From assembly GCF_001194135.2 (NCBI RefSeq), contig NC_068999.1, positions 3,273,781-3,337,780 of the forward strand: DNA of 64,000 bases, in the 5' to 3' direction. A model generated the notes under the pieces. That model was not told the origin of the DNA. It saw nothing but the letters and a program-made list of their open reading frames with translations, and searched no databases. How positions within the stretch are numbered: the stretch's first letter is position 1; each line of letters begins with the position of its first letter. This document shows, piece by piece, positions 27,203 to 39,264 of this stretch. Both the position numbers and the translations under genes were made by a program. Origin of the DNA: Octopus bimaculoides. Its lineage: Eukaryota.

Positions 27203-27531
27203 TACTGGTACTCTGTCGGTTACTATGATGAGGGTTCCAGCTGATCCAATCAACGGATCAGCCTGCTTGTGAAATTAACATGCAAGTGGCTGAGCACTCC
27301 ACAGACACGCTCACCCTTAATGTAGTTCTCTGGGAGATTCAGCAAGACACAGAAGGTGACAAGGCTGGCCCCTTTTCTATCACAGGTACTGCTCATTTTT
27401 GCCAGCTGAGTGAACTGGAGCAACGAGAAATAAAGTGTCTTCTTCAAGGATACAATGCACCACCAGGTATTGAACTCATGACCTTACGATTGTGAGCCAA
27501 ATGCCCTAACCACTAAGCCACGTGCCTTCAC
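27203..27531 (-). mobile_element. Second tRNA-derived SINE family, full length
   Basis: Minus strand begins GTGAAGGCACGTGGCTTAGTGGTTAGGGC..GAGTTCAATACC (A- and B-box-like), then TCCTTGAAGAAGACACTTTATTTC..CAGCTGGCAAAAATGAG. Homologous copies at 31163, 53165 and 55986. Confidence 0.85.
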
Positions 27532-30500
27532 ACTATGCACACACACAGAATATAGAATAGATACAGACTTCATGGATGTTGCATGGAACACGATGGATTG
27601 CTGGATCAGCACAGAAGGCTGCAATGTTTCATGTACAGTCTTTCATGTTCTTAGTTCAAATTTCTGAGGGGGTCAATAAAATAAAGTACCAGTCAATTAC
27701 AGGGGTCAGTATAAACTGTCTTCCATGAAAATCTGGGACCTTGTGTTTATATGTTTTTTTTTGTTTCTTTTTTAAGGGAACCAGGTTTGTTTAGGGTTTT
27801 AATCTTTTGTCAACTACAAACTGTAAAAGAGTTGGAGAATCTGGGTGTCACCATTTTGTCATCGTCATCGTTATTATCATCATCGTCATCGTCATCCATG
27901 ATAAAAGATAATATGTAAGAGTGAGGAGACACAGGACTGTATGGGCCATCCTATTGGTGCAGGTTTTCAATAACTGACAGAATTGATCAGCAAAGACCAC
28001 AGTAAAACTACTGCTGCTACTGTTTCTGGTCAGCGATTCCTTGTCATTTTGTTTCAACGATGTCAGGAAAGATGACAGTTTCAGTGAGACTGTCTCTTTT
28101 AGAAATATCTTTTCCTGCCATTCTTCCTATTCCACTCTCGTCTCTTGCCAATGCTGTCACTCTAACTAAACACTTTCTTGAGAAGAGGCTGTCAGTTCAC
28201 ACATTGTAACACATGCCTCCGTCCCATTCCCTGGTTTAAACAGATTTTACTAAACCCGCTTCTTTCAGTTTTCCTCACATCTGACAATGTGTTGTGAAAC
28301 TGCAAAATTAAAAGAAAATATTTTGTATTTCTGTGGCAGCCTTCTTCACGAGGAAAATAAGTCTGGAGTTGTTGAAGACACCATTATTTGGGTTGTACTG
28401 GCAGAATTAATGAGTGTTAACAGTCCATTCACCATTTTTTTTTTTTTTTACAGAGGGGATAAAAGTGATAAGTTTGTAATGGGGGGTAGGGGCTGCTCTA
28501 GTTTGAAACTTGGAACCATGTTGTGAATGGAATATAAACTGGTCTACCAAAATCCTACTCCTCGAACCATCAGGTCAACAGATCACCCCTGGTCACTACT
28601 TTGACCAAGTCCCCTTGACCAAGTTCTCCTCAGGAGTTTCAAATCTCAAATCAATTTGAGTAGAAACCATTTCAACAGGGATTACATCATTGGATCCCTA
28701 CTGAGGAGGGGATTGGGAACCTCAAGAATTTCTGTTGGGGCCACCACCACCACCTCCACAGCAACAACATAGTTCTTATATTCCTGCCCACAGAAAACTG
28801 TGCCCAAAACTCTTAAATCACTCAGTTCACCTTTCATAGTAATAGGCACCTTGGTGAGGTACAGTGAAGTAACCACATGCTTCCCTACAATTATATTACC
28901 ATGGTGACTTCAGATCCTCCTCTGGGTTGATGTTGTGGGAGGGGAGCAGTCAACAGGATTAAAGACTATTGCTTAATGACTAATGATGGATATACCTGAT
29001 TGGAAGAAATCCTACTTCATTTTCTTAAAAAAATATTTTCTCTAAATTTGACATCTGTTTAATCATGATATAATATATACTGGTGGTGGTGTACCTGGTA
29101 GTTTTAGTGGTAGTAGTGAGAGTAGCTGTAGAGGTAGTTGTGGTGATGTGGAGTTAGTAGTAATGAGCAATTTGACAGACTAGAAACAGGTGTTTCCTCT
29201 GTGTGTGTGTGTGTGTTTACACAGGTATGTATGAGCGTGTACGTACTCAGAAATATGCATACATGAGCATGCACATGTGTGTGTGTGTGTGTGTTTATGT
29301 ACTCACTCACACACACATGCTCTCACATGTGAGTATACATAAAATGTCTGTGTATATTTTATATATAAATAGTGTGTGTGTGTGTGTGTGTACGCAATTT
29401 TGAACCTTCAGTGGATCCCTCAGTTCCTTGATGAAATTGTAGGGGCATTGTTGTGGCATAGTTGCAAGTCTTACATTCGTTTTGATGTGGTGGAGGTCAT
29501 CCATTTCCAGGTCTGACTACAGAAAATGTGAGAGAGGGAGAAGATTCGACTCCAGTTCAGAAATGTTTCTTCAGTCACCAAACCTGAATGGCTGAAAGGC
29601 AGTTGGAACCCTTTTGGCAAAGGGAGCCATCCAAAACAACCCTATCAATTGACTGCCTACATATATATATATGTTTGTGCAAGTATGTATGTATCTGTTT
29701 AGGATGTATCATTATATGTATGTATGTGTGTGTGTGTGTGTGTATGTGTGTATGCTGCATATATGTCACAAAAAGTAGACAGAAGTTAAAAATAGGTGAA
29801 GATAGTATTTTCCAGATGGCGACTTCCGAATGGGTGGGGCATAAAAACTCAAATAGCGAAAGAATCGCTTGAAATCACTACAAACACACACACACACACA
29901 CACACACACTTTTTCTCTCCCCCCCCCCTCTTTCTCTCTAGATTTGAAGTTATCTGGCTGATGGCCCTCAGCAACTGTATAAGTTACTGTGGATATCAAC
30001 ACTAAAGGCATAAAGTCATTTAATTTAACCTTCATCTCTATCAATGAATAAACGCATTTACAAGTGATAGTGAGGATTATTCTATAATGTATGACCCCCA
30101 CCACCAACATTTAGACTGTGTCTCATGTTTTTAGATAAGTTTTTCGAGGTTAAATTTGTGTTTTAGTAAGGGAAGCAACTCTGCATAGTTTTATAGAATT
30201 AAGGGAAGATAACCACTGATTTGAGTGCCATGCTGGCTATTATATTGTGGGGTCCGATTATACAGAACGGGGTTGTATCTTCGTTGCAAATATTTTACTT
30301 CAGTTTCTGTCAGTCGCTATGGTTTGGCAAACGCATTAAGATCACAAATTCTCGCTTTCGTATCTGTCTAAGAAGCCAATTTTTATGCAACATTGTCTGT
30401 TTGTCCCCTAAAAAAATCCCTTTGAAAATAATTGGAATTATTAGAGACTAAATTATTTGAAAAATTACCATAGATTTTTAATCTTGCTTCTACCAGTTCC

Positions 30501-31162
30501 CTTAAGTAACACCCATTATCCTGCTTGGCTCAGTCTATCCAGCTAAAAATTGGTACCATGTTGTAACTGTTGTGTTTTGTTCATTAGTCTATTCATCTGA
30601 CTGAAATTACCCTCCTCTCAGGCACCGTGGCGATTTTCTGCTGTAATAGATTCTGTTTAAATATTTAGTTCCATAACTCTTGTGAAAACATTGACATTCA
30701 TAGGACCATGCAGTTTATGTTATTAATCTTTATGGATTGGTATTTAGTAAAACTATTAAATTTAGTGAATGAACAAGGTTTGGCTTGAGTTCAAACCTAA
30801 TTATATATTAGGAACACATTAAAAAAAACATGTAAAACAAAGCTGCCATAAACTTCATCATCATTGTCATCACCACTAACATCTCCAAAAGCAGCTTCAT
30901 CATCACCACCATTGTAATCAACAACAGCATCATCTTCACCATCATCATCATCATCATCATCATCATATTTCTATGCTGCCTTAGTTTCAACAGGTGTATA
31001 TATTGACTTTCCACTGTGATAACCGGGGCAGTAATTCTCAATTGCAAAGGGACCTGTTCCCTGGTTGCCTATAGCAGAGTCCACTCTGTTACTGACATTT
31101 GGACCAGGTTCATGGTTGAAGGGTAATTCCCTTCCTCCGTCTCTCATTGTCATCGATTGGTT

Positions 31163-31310
31163 GAAGCGCGTGGCTTAGTGGTCAGGATGTTGGACTTGTG
31201 ATAATAAGATTGTGGTTTCAGTTCCTGGAATGGGCAACATGTTGCATTCTTGAGCAAAACACTTCATTTCACATTGCTCCAGTCCTCTCAGCTGGCCAAA
31301 ATAAGGAATC
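31163..31310 (+). mobile_element. Second SINE family, 5' fragment
   Basis: TGAAGCGCGTGGCTTAGTGGTCAGG..TTCTTGAGCAAAACACTTCATTTCACATTGCTCCAGTC. Confidence 0.75.
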
Positions 31311-34106
31311 CTGTGACTGACTGATGTCTCGTCCAAGCATGGAATATATACATCTCAAAAACTGGGGAACCATTCCTATGAGCCTGTATGATTCGGAAAG
31401 GAGCTTTTATCCTTATCCTATCCCACCCTGTCACCATACTTGGAGGCCATGATAGTGAGAGGTCTTGGATGGTGCTGTTTCGCCTAATGGTTTCAGGGAA
31501 TCTGTCAAGACATTCTGTCAGACATCAGTTTATGAAATGATAAATCCTTGACATTGGAATAAAGATTCTACTCTATTTACTCTAAATTCTTCAAATCATC
31601 TGGCTGTTTCAAAATAATTTCTAATGTTTTTATCTTGTTTTCCTGCATATAAGGCCATGTGGTTACACCAGATTATCACACACTACCCCCACACACATGC
31701 GCGCGTGTGCATACCCTAACTCCCCCTCCCCTCTCTCCCCTCATGTGCCCCATATTCTATAAATCTGATGATTAAAATGAAAGTTTTTGACTTGAAATCC
31801 AAGTTGGTTTCTTTTGCAATAAGACTAGAGTAAAAATACTTTGAAATCTTGTGTGATAACACCATAGTCTCAACCTGGCTACGTATAGAGTATATCACAT
31901 AGGTTTATCACAACAGGGTGTATTGCATGGAGTGATCATATCAGGGTATATTGTATGGAGTATATCACATATGATAAGGAGTACAAGTAATGGAATAAAT
32001 TCGTATCTTAATTCTACTCTGCCGTATCTTCTCTACAAATTCTGTCAGACTAAAAAAGGGTCAGGAATCCTGACTTTTCACATGAGAGACACTATTCTTG
32101 ACTTTTGTAAACATTTGTCCCAGGTTGGTACTATCGATGTGGTTGATGTCAGCAGAATAAACATGGTTGATGATGGAATTCATGTAAATGGTAATTCTGC
32201 GAAGGAAAGCTTGTGTGAGATATTTTTCATTGGGGTCCAGGGTGTGAGACCCAACTAGAGAGTCGGGTGTGTCAGGTAGGCTTGGACAGAGCGGGGTTTG
32301 TTGTTAACTCTTTCAGAGGAACAGAAGTTATTTCAGAAGCAATGGGAGCAATGAGAGCAGGTTGGGTAGGTTTAGAAAAACGAGGAAACTCAACCTGTGT
32401 AGGGACCATTGGTTGTGGTGGTATGTTGGTGAGGGAATCATTTGAATAAATTTTTTGGTCTGATTGTAATGTTTCCAGGTGTAACCTCAGCAGCACTACC
32501 ATTCCTGATCAACGACTTCTACTTGAACTTTGTAGATTTAGGGTCACTGATTGGTTAGTGATAAAGTATTTTGTGATTGGGGATCTTGGATGTTTGTGTG
32601 TGTAGCCTAGGTAACAGGTTCTATCGTTTATGTGTGTAACCTAGGTAACAGGTTGTATCGTTTATGAAGGTGAGAGACTGTTGGTGATAGATTGGCTGAG
32701 GATGAAGAGAGGAACATCATAAGGGTGGTGATTGTTAATGGCTTGAAGGGATGCTGGTGACATGTAAAAAGCATCCAGTAGACTCTGTAAAGTGGTTGGT
32801 ATTAGGAAGGGCATCCAGCTGTTGAAACCATGTGGGAACAGACTGGAACTTGATGCAGCTCCCAGCATTGCCAGCTCCTGTCAAACGATCCAACCCATTC
32901 CATCATGGAAAACGGATGTTAAACAACAACGATGATGACGACAATGATGATGATGATGTATGAAAGATGAGGGTGATGATTGTTAATGGATATTTGAGCT
33001 GCTGGGAGTGAGATCAATAGTTGGCAGTGTTTGATACGGGGCTACCTTTCTTGTGGGCGGCTGTTGGTACATATCTAATATAATTACACATCTGTATCAG
33101 CTAAATGAAAGAGTGTGTTGGGTAGAGTTTAAACTTGTTTTATTCATCAACATAACATTATTTGTTGCGGAATTACAGTTCTCCTCTAACTCTCTCTTCC
33201 CTTAACGATTTCTAAAGTATCAATAATTAATAAGCATATTGTCTAAAAAAGGGGCAGGCCCTCTTTATTCAGGCTGATTGGATTTGAGGAAACTGAACCA
33301 GAACCAGAAATTAGGTTTTGTTTTTGTTTCTGGCAGACATGATGGCTGAGAGTTGAGTTAAGCACCATGTATATAGTATCACACATATAGATATATGTGT
33401 GTGTGTTTGGTGAAGCAATCATAAGAAATAGAACTCAATACATGAGTGTGAGTGTGTATGTATGTGTGTGCATGTAACTTCTACTTCACACGCACACGTA
33501 CATATATATATTTACACATACATACTCACACACATACATATGTCTCTCTCACTCTGTATGCATATATATATATGATTGTGTGTGTGTGTGTGTGTTTATA
33601 TACATATATAAAACTGCTAGAGCCCCTTTAGCCAAAGGTTTACTCAGTTAGGACTACCCTGACTTTTAAGTCAATGACCATCCCTCCTAGAAAGACCAGC
33701 TGCAGCCCTTAAATACCCAGCTTCTTGCATTTCTACATCTCCAAGTCCTGCTTTTAATTTTCCTTATAAAATCAACTGTATTGTCTAGTTTGCCTGTGTA
33801 TATTACCGGTATGTCTTCTAATTAATTAATCCTTTTGCTTTTCAAAGATCGACATCTTAACCTTTGTCTATTAATATATTTTGCTTATCCTTAAATATAT
33901 TATTCACCTTATACCTTCCACTAATGTAATTATATATAATAAAGCTGCACCAGGCTCTGATTGGAGCCTGGTGCAGCCTCCTGGCTTGCCAGTCCCCAGT
34001 CAAACCGTCCAACCCATGCCAGCATGGAAAACAGACGTTAAATGATGATGATGATGAATAAACCTCTTTAATTGTCAACTTTTTCAAGGAGTATCTTATA
34101 TAGGAA

Positions 34107-34270
34107 GGTATTCTACCAGGAGTATATATATATTTTACAAGGGTGTATGTTCTACCAGGAGTATGTATATATTTATATATTTTACAAGGGTGTATGTTCT
34201 ACCAGGAGTACATGTTTTACAAGGGTGTATATTCTACCATGAGTACATATATTTTACAAGGGTGTATGTT
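34107..34270 (+). repeat. Minisatellite, about 35-45 bp unit, about 4.5 copies (GGGTGTATGTTCTACCAGGAGTA(TA)nTTTTACAA)
   Basis: Direct tandem copies that differ in internal (TA)n length. Confidence 0.85.
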
Positions 34271-35399
34271 GTTCGCAAATGGCAGAGAAATGATTAATTT
34301 TCTTGCCTAAAATAAATTTTTAGGATTGTTTCAGTGATTAAAAATTCTTCATTAACAAAACTATTAATTGATCCAGTCACTGCTGAAGTATTTCTAGTCT
34401 CAATGAAGTTCTTTATGACTATATTTAGACATAAGTTCAATTCTTGATTAAGACTTTTGACATTTTTATTGCCAATTCTAGAAGTTGTTTATTTTTCTAA
34501 GTCGCTTCTACATTTTTGCCATCTTCTCCTATTTCATGTCGGAAACTGTTGTATGAGATGGGGTGGTCTTTTAGTTTGAGCGTTTGCTTAACACTGCTTT
34601 CTTACATCCTACCCCACCGTCACCACCTCTTATCTTGACTGCAAACTCAACTAAACACTTTCTTAGAGTTGTTTCACAGGAGACAAATACTTCCTTTGTT
34701 TATTTCTGTGGAGGTTGTCACCATAGTCTGTTGATAATTATGTTGTTATTTGCAACTTAATGCCAACAGTTCTTTCAAAGCTTCCACTGAACTCATTAAT
34801 TTAATTTATCTAAATGCTGCATATTTCATTTGTTATTTATTTCAATTTACATTTCCATGGCTTTTCTCGCAACGTTTTGCCAGTTGTTCTCGAGATCAAT
34901 TTGAAACCTGACCTAGCGTCGTTGTTTACATCAACAAAAACTCTACCCTGACCGTAATTTCACCTGCTTCGTTAATGGCAAATCAAACGGTGAATGCTTT
35001 TAATTCTTCAGCATTTTCTATATTGTTACTATTGCTTTATATTATATTTTACTTCCGTCTTGTATAGTTTGTCTGCTTTTAACTCAATCAATAAACACAG
35101 CACTTAAATACAACCACAAGCCTGCTGATTGGTACATTTTCCTACTCACATAAGCAGACCGAGTACCAACAGAACTGATCTGTATGAGCAACAGTAGTGA
35201 CTCTATTTGAAAGCAATTACTCTCATAAATGGCTTCTCTGTTGTCAAGATTCCTTCATCAGTAAAAACCTTGTGTTTAACTCATTTATTTATTCTTATCT
35301 CAGTTTCTCTGTGAAATAATATTGGACTTCATTTCCAGCTGTGTTGTATGTGAATGGGTGTTACATTTATTTAATGCTGTGCCATAAATGGAGCAACCT

Positions 35400-35441
35400 G
35401 TTAGGGAGGGAGGAGTGCTAGCTCACTCCACCTCTCCCTCT

Positions 35442-35474
<33 letters not shown>

Positions 35475-35505
35475 AAACGCACATCAGGAAGCTGTGTCAG
35501 TCTCA
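35400..35505 (+). promoter_or_regulatory. Putative core promoter for the 35640 exon: GA/CT repeat followed by TCAGTC initiator-like motif (35497-35502)
   Basis: Motifs seen directly; promoter function is inferred only from their position about 140 nt upstream of the candidate ATG. Confidence 0.25.
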
Positions 35506-35639
35506 GAAGCTGGGTGATACATTCTTCCTTCATTTACCTCTGCTTAAAACACTCTTGGATTTACCTTTCCTTTCGTCACGGTTATGCTATCAAATTCTCT
35601 CAAGTTTAGTGTTACCCTTTAATTATTTTGCGCTCATTT

Positions 35640-35699
35640 ATGGCATCAGAATTACTCAGTAAAGTCATAGACTTGACAGGAATTGATGTTTGGCACCCG
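35640..35699 (+). CDS. Candidate alternative first coding exon of the DOCK-D gene (MASELLSKVIDLTGIDVWHP)
   Basis: ATGGCA start, 20 codons, then CCG|gtgagt consensus donor in phase 0, compatible with exon 52027. A (CT)n tract and a TCAGTC initiator-like motif lie upstream. Confidence 0.55.
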
Positions 35700-35795
35700 G
35701 TGAGTTTTCATTTTCATTTTGCCTCTTCAAACATTATTTACCTTTTTATTTTCCTTGATATTCCAAATCATCATCATCATATCATTATTATAGTA

Positions 35796-35857
<62 letters not shown>

Positions 35858-36614
35858 GTGTAGAAAACAAATGTAAATAAAGCAACAAAATGTTCATTTG
35901 GTCTCAACTCTAACGAAAGTGTTCCAAAGTGATTTAGCCCTGACATAATGTTGATTTTCATACAGAAATGCAATCATTCTCTCTCTCTCTCTCTCTCTCT
36001 ACATTAGTAACACATGCATGTCTGTCTATATTTAGTAGACATCTCATCATCTGGTGGTGACACTACACACTACAGTACATCTTCCCCTTTTCTCTCTCTC
36101 TCTCTCGCACTCTAATCAGTTTGATAAGAGAAATCTTGCTTTTTTTATGTATACTGCGTGGTGTGTGCGTGTAAGTAGCATGCATCTGCATATACAGACA
36201 TGCATAGTTGCACATACACACACACACACACATGCACATATGCTAAATGAAAATGTGGACATGTAGATTTCTTATTTTTCTTCCCTTTCTTTCCCTTCAG
36301 ATCATATTTTTTCCTTCAATGTGTCAATGTAATCTCACACTGAACCAAGGCCATAATTATTGATAATATTTTGACAAAGCTGAAGCTGTCTACAATTCTA
36401 TATGCATATACATATGCACGTTACACACACATACACACACACACACACACATAATGTATGTACACACGCACACATACACAGAAAAAGGTGTTTAATAAAT
36501 CCTTTCACAGAAGACACACACACGTGTACACATGTGTCTATTGATTATTGTTATTTACATAAAAAAGATATTTGCTCACATATTCTCCTTGCCCTCTCCC
36601 CCTTCCCATCCCCC

Positions 36615-36900
36615 GTACTGACATAGCCTTGCGGTTAACAAGTTCTCTTCAGTCAATATTGTTCTGGGTTCAATCCCAGCCCGCAGAGCTCATTGACTGA
36701 GTATCTTTTACTGTGTATCTTGCTTCGGTCTGGCCAGGCTGCATTTATGTTCACCGTTGTAAACCAGTGTGGACGGTTGTTCGTCTTCACATAACATAGC
36801 AGTTTGACAAGGAGAGATGGATGAAATTCGTGGGCTGGGATGTGGTCCATATGATTGATGCAATGCCCCAACAGGACCACAATCCAATGACTGAAACCAA
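36615..36900 (+). mobile_element. Degenerate tRNA-derived SINE
   Basis: GCGGTTAACAAG..GGGTTCAATCCCAG (B-box-like) head, and a tail matching the OK-type GCCCCAACAGGACCACAATCCAATGACTGAAAC. Confidence 0.45.
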
Positions 36901-37604
36901 AACACACACACACACACACACACATCAACTATGTAAATATAAATCATTATAATGATGATGATGATGATGATATTGTGATGGCGTTCAACAGCCATGACAG
37001 TGATGTTGATGGTGATGATGTTTGTAGACAATATTCCACCCTCGCTACAACCCCTGCCCCACGCCTTACAAACATACCCCAGCTCTATGTAAGTCAGGAA
37101 CAACTGTAGAAACACTAAATGTACCCCTAAAACCAACCTGTGTTTATATATGTAGGTATATATGTGTATGCATGATTATATCCATGTACACCATCATCAT
37201 TGTCGTTTAACATACACACATGTATATGGTGGTGGTGGTGGCAGGCTGTATATAGATATATATACCCACGCAGATGAATACATTTGGGTGTGTTTTATCA
37301 ATGTTGTATCAAAAAAAAGCTGTTTCTCATATATACAAATGTTTGTGTGTGAGTGTTACAGTCCCCACCTCATAGATATATATATGTGTGTAGATGTGTT
37401 AATGTTTGTTTTTAAGTGCACATTAATCTGATGAATTCCTCCCTACTTTTGGTAGAGTCCAAATTTATTATTTCTTTCATAAGAAGCATACTGACTCTGA
37501 CTTCGAACAGTCCGACGATGGGTTGCTTCTCTGACGGAAACTTTGAAGTTACTATCAATAATATTCATGTTTAAGAATAATATATATATATATATATGTA
37601 TATA

Positions 37605-37764
37605 GGTGCAGGCATGCCTATATGGGAAGAAGCTTGCTTCCCAGCCGCATGGTCCCAGGTTCAGTCCCACTGCATGGCACTATGGGCAAGAGTCTCCTAC
37701 TATAGCCTTGGATCAACCAAAGCCTTGTGAGTGGATTTGGTAGACAGGAACTGAAAGAAGACCG

Positions 37765-37809
<45 letters not shown>

Positions 37810-38022
37810 CATATGTATGTATGTATGTATTTCTGTGTTTGTCCTCCCACCATCGCTTGACAACCAATATTGGTGTGTCAACGTCCTCGTAACTTAGCGG
37901 TTTGGCGAAAGAGACCGATAGAATAAGTACTAGGCTTACAAAGAATAGGTCCTGGGGTCGATTTGTTCCACTAAAGGCAGTGCTCCAGCATGGCCACAGT
38001 CAAATGACTGAAACAAATAAAA

Positions 38023-38024
<2 letters not shown>
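37605..38024 (+). mobile_element. OK-type SINE, full length with expanded internal (TA)n
   Basis: Head GGTTCAGTCCCACTGC, body CCAAAGCCTTGTGAGTGGATTTGGTAGAC, tail GTGCTCCAGCATGGCCACAGTCAAATGACTGAAAC. Confidence 0.88.
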
Positions 38025-38093
<69 letters not shown>

Positions 38094-38514
38094 GGTGGAG
38101 GATATCAGAGCCATCTACATTACTTAAATAATGAAAAACTACAGCACAGCCTGGTCTGACAGATCAATATAATAATATAATATAGAGCTGTATCTCCTCG
38201 GTGTGTGTGTGTGTGTGTGTGNNNNNNNNNNNNNNNNNNNNNNNNNNNNNNNNNNNNNNNNNNNNNNNNNNNNNNNNNNNNNNNNNNNNNNNNNNNNNNN
38301 NNNNNNNNNNNNNNNNNNNNNNNNNNNNNNNNNNNNNNNNNNNNTGTGTGCTGTGAGCTGGCTCCTTGATGAATATGTAATTGAGGTAAACAACTCTTCA
38401 CAATTTGTGCCATGTTAAAACAAAGAAAACGTTATTGAATGGAATTGTCTGGTGGAGATGAACAGTGGAGATAATACTGAGTGGGTGGGTGGGTGTATGT
38501 GTGTGTGTGTATGC

Positions 38515-38561
<47 letters not shown>

Positions 38562-38617
38562 CTTCCCTCTTTCATCGGTTCCTGTTGAACCTTCCAACTC
38601 CTGATGATGTTAATATA

Positions 38618-38656
<39 letters not shown>

Positions 38657-39002
38657 GGTTTATATGTGTTTCATTCTGCACATGCCTGTCTGTCTGTCTC
38701 TTTCTCTCTCAAATGTCTGTGTGTCTTATATTCACACATAATGGACCCAGTATTTACATATTTCAGTTGAATCTATAAAAGATATCACTTTCTATTAACC
38801 GCCCAAGAAAGTGTCTAATATATATCTGTGTAATTCCAGCCACAGTCCACCTAACTGTAAATAGGGAACCAAGTGTACACTACTACTAGTCTCTCTGCTG
38901 TAAACAGTGGGAGCATTGTATTGTTAATGGGTGTTTCATTACCATTAAGTGCAGGATTCAAATTCTACTGCAAGACAATTTTCAATACATTTCTCAACAT
39001 TT

Positions 39003-39264
39003 CATGTTGGCTGTGTGGTAAGTAGCTTTCTTACCAGCCACATGGTTCTGGGTTCAGTCCCACTGCGTAGCACCTTGGGCAAGTGTTTTCTACTATAGCC
39101 TCGGGCTGACCAAAGCCTTGTGAGTGGATTTAGTAGATGGAAACTGAAAGAAGCCTGTCGTATATACATATATGTATATGTTTGTGTGTCTGTGTTTGTC
39201 CCCCTGCCCACCATCACTTGACAACCGATGTTGGTGCGTTTACGTCCCCAGAACTTAGCGGTTC
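39003..39264 (+). mobile_element. OK-type SINE, 3'-truncated
   Basis: Near-consensus head and body ending abruptly at AACTTAGCGGTTC. Confidence 0.85.

Noticed and set aside
27460-27531. tRNA gene
   Set aside because: tRNA-like A/B boxes are SINE heads continuing into SINE bodies. There is no complete cloverleaf or acceptor stem; the same holds for the other SINE heads.
29808-29825. ATGGCG..MATSEW|gtgggg mini first exon
   Set aside because: Weak donor and too short to distinguish from chance.
34270-35050. Possible transposase remnant on the minus strand
   Set aside because: Frames are broken every 20-50 codons, with no catalytic motif, TIR or TSD identifiable by eye.
37518-37547. MGCFSDGNFE, a myristoylation-like N-terminus as a third first exon
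   Set aside because: The only phase-0 donors (GTTACT, GTTTAA) are poor, and Ser is not at position 6.
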